Source: Naegleria gruberi
Taxonomy: Eukaryota
NCBI GenBank assembly: GCA_000004985.1
Contig: GG738999.1
Length of the DNA stretch: 12,926 nt
Strand: one strand, 5' to 3'
The translations under genes were made by a program, and so were the position numbers. Below, one piece after another: positions 9,055 to 12,926 of this stretch. Each line of letters opens with the position of its first letter. The first letter of the stretch is position 1. Below the pieces are notes generated by a model. It ran no database searches and was not told the origin of the DNA. It saw only the letters and a program-made list of their open reading frames with translations.

Positions 9055-9087
9055 AAAAGGGTTTGGGTTGGTGGGGTTTGGGTGAGT
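9055..9087 (+). repeat. Telomere-like G-rich head of duplicated unit B (aaagggtttgggttggtggggtttgggtgag).
   Basis: GGGTTT, GGGTT and GGGGTTT units, G-rich on the + strand. The same sequence heads unit A. Confidence 0.55.
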
Positions 9088-10553
9088 TTTATACACTTTC
9101 ATACAATAGAGTGATATTGAAATGTACCCTTTGATATTTCTGGATGGGTAGCATGATTTAGTGATGATTCCGACAATAAAAATCATGTATTGTTCATATA
9201 ATTATCAAGATATTGTATAATTTATTAAATATAAAGTGGGTAATATTGAATATTCTTTGTAGGAGCGGAAGCACTTACTCTTGTCAGTTGGAGTCAGTAC
9301 TGTATTAAGGTTCATTTAAGGAATCTTAAAAAAATACAATAACAACTCACCTACATCAATATCATCAAGTTATCATCTATATTGAATATGGAGCAACAGC
9401 AAGAATGTATGGAGTTGATTCAACATGATTATTGGATTGGAGAGATGGCAAAAATATTGCTATCATTGTATTTGTCAAGTTGGAAGTACCCTCAGGATCA
9501 TCAGCAAGGTTTCCTCTTCTTCTCTTCTTGTTTGAGAGAGGTTTTTCATCAACAAGATGGTCATCTTCTTCATTGGAATGGTTGCTTTATTATTAAGGAC
9601 TGAGAGTAGCGTTTTTAGATTTATTTTGATGAAATAAATCACAATTTATTACGCACAAAACATCAAGAACAACAAGAACAACAACAATGCTGATACACCA
9701 TCATCAATCAGTGAATTGGCCATCATCATTATTGTATAATTTCTTGGAATTTATTGGATTAATAGTAATTTATGGATTATTTGGTGGAATTACTATCCTA
9801 TTGAAGATGGAACATCAGCAACATCATCAAGATGATCTTCAATTTGGATAGTATTGTTTTCAGGAGTGGTTTCACTCTTTTTGTGGGCTCTTTCAACATA
9901 CCATCATCCATCATCAGAATGGTCATCATCTTGTTGAGGGGAATATGTTCAACCTTGTTTTGGAAGGTAGAATATCGTACCACCACTCTACTCTCCTATT
10001 TTGATTGGATTGGTGGAGGTGTCACCACCTGTTCATACTCTACATCAGTTGAATCTTCCCTCCATCATTTGGTGAGGGACCAACTTCTCCCTTCCATATT
10101 GTTTAATAAATTATTGTTATTATCATATAATGATACAATTCTTGTTGTTGTTTGTTGTTAATTGTTGTTGTTAATAGTAACCGACAATTCCCCCTTAATA
10201 GTCATACAACCACTTGGTTATTCATATAAAGCATTTCTAGAAATTAAAAGCTATAGCACTGTTGGTTCAGTGGTTGTATGTTGGAGCGTCAATTAAGGGA
10301 CTAGTGATCGATTCAAGGTGATTTTACTAACTTATTCATTTTTACCACCTTATTTTTTTAGATCTTCCTTAATACTTGACAATTTTAAAAGATATTGATA
10401 TCACATATACAATACTACATATAAACAACTCTATGTCAATTTCAATTGATTTAGTCAAGTATTCATTGAGAAAGAGTATGATCTGTGACATGATGTATTG
10501 ACAACTTTACAAATATTGATTTAAACAATATGGTTATCTAGAAGAGTCTTATT
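9058..10553 (+). repeat. Duplicated ~1.5 kb unit, copy B.
   Basis: See copy A. Downstream of 10553 copy B runs into DNA unrelated to the sequence that follows A's gap (8609-9058), so the pair is not a simple head-to-tail tandem. Confidence 0.9.
10256..10327 (+). pseudogene. tRNA-like fragment, copy in unit B.
   Basis: Identical to 8261-8332 at an offset of 1995. Confidence 0.3.
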
Positions 10554-10639
10554 AATTTGTAATAAATATACTATATTTCAATTTTCAATTGTTGACTTGA
10601 TGTACTTAATTGACTTGTCTATTCTAAGGTTACTTAGTT

Positions 10640-11526
10640 GACTTGAAGATACTGAGCCATGAATTTGAAACTTTCTCAGATTGTTCTCCTCATCAAGAGG
10701 AGTGTATTCGTATTTGATACTAGTATGATATTTTGTAAACTGACTGAGATGGAGTGTAATCTCTTTTTTGAAATGTGATATTTTGAAAGATTGTTATTAT
10801 TATCATATTGAATTCAATTCTAAAACTATGAAATTGATACCAGATGTATAATAGTGTGACTAAACGTATTGGGTAAAGTTACAGAATGAATGGAATAACT
10901 TTCACTGAGATGGAGTGTTCACTAGGATATATATAATGTTGATATTGAACATTTACTGATTAATTTTATGAAAATAGTTTGAAATGTTTCTTAACTATTG
11001 TAGATGTATTTAATTGATATATAGACTATGTGGTATCAATTCTAGACTTGTTATATGTAAAATGAGTGATTTGGAGTATAATCTATGATATCATGTCAAA
11101 TATCTATAGTAAATTGATAGAGTTGACACCTCGACATCTACTGAACCAATATTTATGAAATTGATACCACATACTAATTAGAGTGTCTACATACCATGAT
11201 ATCAATTTCAGTGAAATTGGAGTTGTTTCTGGACCCTTCAGATTTCCATTCTCCTGACAAATCAGCATGTACTATCTACTGGATGTATTTCTTGAAATGA
11301 AAACATATAATTTGAAGAAAGTCCACTTTATTTGAGATGTAGGACACGATATTATCATTTATTATGAGATTGGTAACTTTTCCTATAGTGTCATCCTTAA
11401 TTGTCTTAATTGACTAAAAGAGGTCAAGGAGAGATTTCAAAACATAAAATAAATTATATTTTCGAGATTTACTATTGATTTCCAATCGATTGATATGTAT
11501 TTTGTTGATTGAGGATGTTGTTCTCT
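10640..11526 (+). repeat. Higher-order unit S1, copy 2.
   Basis: See 4965-5852. After ttgattgaggatgttgttctct the homology with copy 1 stops abruptly, and a G-rich telomere-like tract follows. Confidence 0.8.
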
Positions 11527-11564
11527 GGGGTTGGGGGTTGGGGTTGGGTTTGGGTTTGGGTATG
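11527..11564 (+). repeat. Interstitial telomere-like tract: ggggtt gggggtt ggggtt gggttt gggttt gggtatgg.
   Basis: Five to six consecutive G3-5T2-3 units are read directly from the sequence. The tract sits exactly at the breakpoint where S1 copy 2 diverges from S1 copy 1 (5852/11526). Confidence 0.7.
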
Positions 11565-12173
11565 GCGAAAACCTATTCTCATAAAATGAACCACTAATAT
11601 TGGCTATCCAGTTCTTATATATGTATTACTATATAAAATAATCTATCTATTCTGTAATACAGGTGAAAAAACTCCCCGTAGTTATTGAGATAATCAAAAA
11701 TGGTCAACTCAAAAATTCCTAGTATATCTATTATCTCTGCGACGAGAACGTTCCGGGTTATGATTCACTCAAATATCAATCTATATGAGTATTGGAAGAA
11801 ATGATAGAAAATACTAATTTTTTTAATTCGCCGTTCCCGAGATAATTGAGTCCTAAAGTGACCCCATGGGTTGAACCAACCTTGGGTCTGACAAAGTTGA
11901 AAATTTCAAAGTTGGGCCAGAATGAAACTTTTGATATATTGTAGATATATTTATGAATAGATGATATTATGAATTAATCTAGTTGAATCGGTGTATTTAA
12001 TAAATTACAACATGTCTTAAAATAAACTTTTCAACATTTATTGTACTATTATATGAATGTTATTAGAATCATCACCAATCTCATATATATGATGTATAAT
12101 GATGATATCTACCTTATAGAATTGTTGGAAATATAATATATGATATCCTTAGTATACTGTACTCATTCTACCT

Positions 12174-12340
12174 TAATTGACCAAGATATTGAGCCATACT
12201 ATGGAAACACTATACCAATTTATTAAACTTGTTAATATTGTAGTAAATATCAATTATAATCATATATAATTGAAATAATCATTATTGGATCCACATTCAT
12301 ACTGTGGGAAGTCAACTTGTGTGAAATTGACAATACTGGT
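12174..12340 (+). repeat. Dispersed repeat, copy 2 (see 3098-3260).
   Basis: Collinear similarity to 3098-3260. Confidence 0.6.
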
Positions 12341-12464
12341 AATTGAAGGATGAATATCTTACATGACTTAATTCCACTCATTCATACATGTCTAACTATC
12401 ATGGTTTATAATATCTAATTGAAATAATTGAAATTAATCATGTACATAAGGATATAATCAATTA

Positions 12465-12926
12465 GGGTGAATCCTTCCAATCCTGCTGTGGGAATGTAAT
12501 GGAATACTGAAGTCAATGGAAACATCACCAATTCATATGAAATTGATACAGAATACATAATAATATGTTAGAAATCGATTGGTGTTGAAAGAATTCAAAT
12601 CTGTTCAGTAGTTGTTGAGATCTGTATAAACCTACGGTACTATGGGACGAATGTAGGGCTGAGATGACCATATATGAAAGTATCGCTTCACTCAATAAAT
12701 TATATATCAAAATGTTGATGACGATGAGTACAGTTGATTGATATAGTTTTTGGTGACTGGAAGTGTCTAGAAGTATCACTATGTTGTCAATTGACCATTC
12801 CTTAATGAGTTGCCTTGGAACTTTTCCAATCATTGTGAAATTGATACATAATATATTATTTGATATTTGCAATGTATTGGAGTTGAAATAATTCAAATCC
12901 ACTCAGTAGAAATGGAGATATCATCA
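12465..12926 (+). repeat. Tandem array of ~300-350 bp satellite-like monomers (one full unit plus a partial second, truncated by the window end).
   Basis: ccttccaatc...catatgaaattgatacagaatacataataatatgttagaaatcgattggtgttgaaagaattcaaatctgttcagtagttgttgagatc (12473-12625) recurs as cttttccaatcattgtgaaattgatacataatatattatttgatatttgcaatgtattggagttgaaataattcaaatccactcagtagaaatggagatatc (12821-12922). The atgaaattgatac(c)a core also occurs at 5473, 10829 and 11157 inside S1 monomers. Confidence 0.6.

Noticed and set aside
9798-10161. 109-aa + ORF and overlapping 62-aa minus ORF in unit B
   Set aside because: They are mutually overlapping on opposite strands in CAT/CAA-rich simple sequence. The equivalent frame in copy A is broken by a 1-bp indel (7866) and a TAG (gattagattgg).
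7076-11041. Simple 1982-bp head-to-tail tandem duplication
   Set aside because: If it were tandem, the sequence after copy B (10554 onward) should match 8609-9058. Instead it enters satellite S1. Only ~1.5 kb is shared.
6991-11564. Ciliate (Paramecium/Tetrahymena-like) origin, suggested by TTGGGG/TTTGGG-type repeats
   Set aside because: The 591-codon ORF has zero TAA or TAG codons and encodes all Gln with CAA/CAG. That is incompatible with the heavy TAA/TAG=Gln usage expected in a ciliate nuclear code.
12525-12902. 125-aa minus-strand ORF, the longest in the track
   Set aside because: It runs across two diverged satellite monomers. It has an Ile/Leu/Asn-rich composition with no motifs, and the homologous monomer elsewhere does not keep the frame.
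1-12926. Prokaryotic-style systems (operons, CRISPR arrays, defence islands), rRNA, intact tRNA
   Set aside because: There are no dense ORF arrays, no short regularly spaced direct repeats with unique spacers, and no rRNA-like conserved blocks. The composition and repeat architecture are eukaryotic.

Overview
AT-rich eukaryotic nuclear DNA on a scaffold with three 50-N gaps. The only convincing gene is a minus-strand ORF with no introns in the window. The supplied ORF track does not list it because no stop codon falls inside the window. It starts at the ATG at 1775 and reads down to position 1 through 591 sense codons with no stop, so the CDS continues off the left edge. The product looks secreted: an N-terminal signal peptide, SBBP-like beta-propeller repeats, then tenascin-type EGF repeats at the C-terminal end. 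From about 2100 to 12926 the window is gene-poor repeat DNA with by-eye GC near 30%. Its content is:
- Diverged 300-350 bp satellite-like monomers arranged as higher-order units that each occur twice: 4965-5852 vs 10640-11526, 3936-4486 vs 6566-7010, and 3098-3260 vs 12174-12340.
- A ~99% identical 1.5 kb duplicated unit (7076-8558 and 9058-10553). Both copies carry a degenerate tRNA-like segment.
- Several G-rich telomere-like tracts (GGGGTT, GGGTTT and TTTAGG variants). All are G-rich on the + strand and sit at repeat junctions.
My reading is a subtelomeric gene-to-satellite transition, with the chromosome end probably to the right. The lineage is unresolved; some traits recall amoebozoans but none is diagnostic. 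I saw no rRNA, intact tRNA, CRISPR or prokaryote-style operon. The small ORFs in the supplied track all lie in repeats, and I do not regard them as genes.
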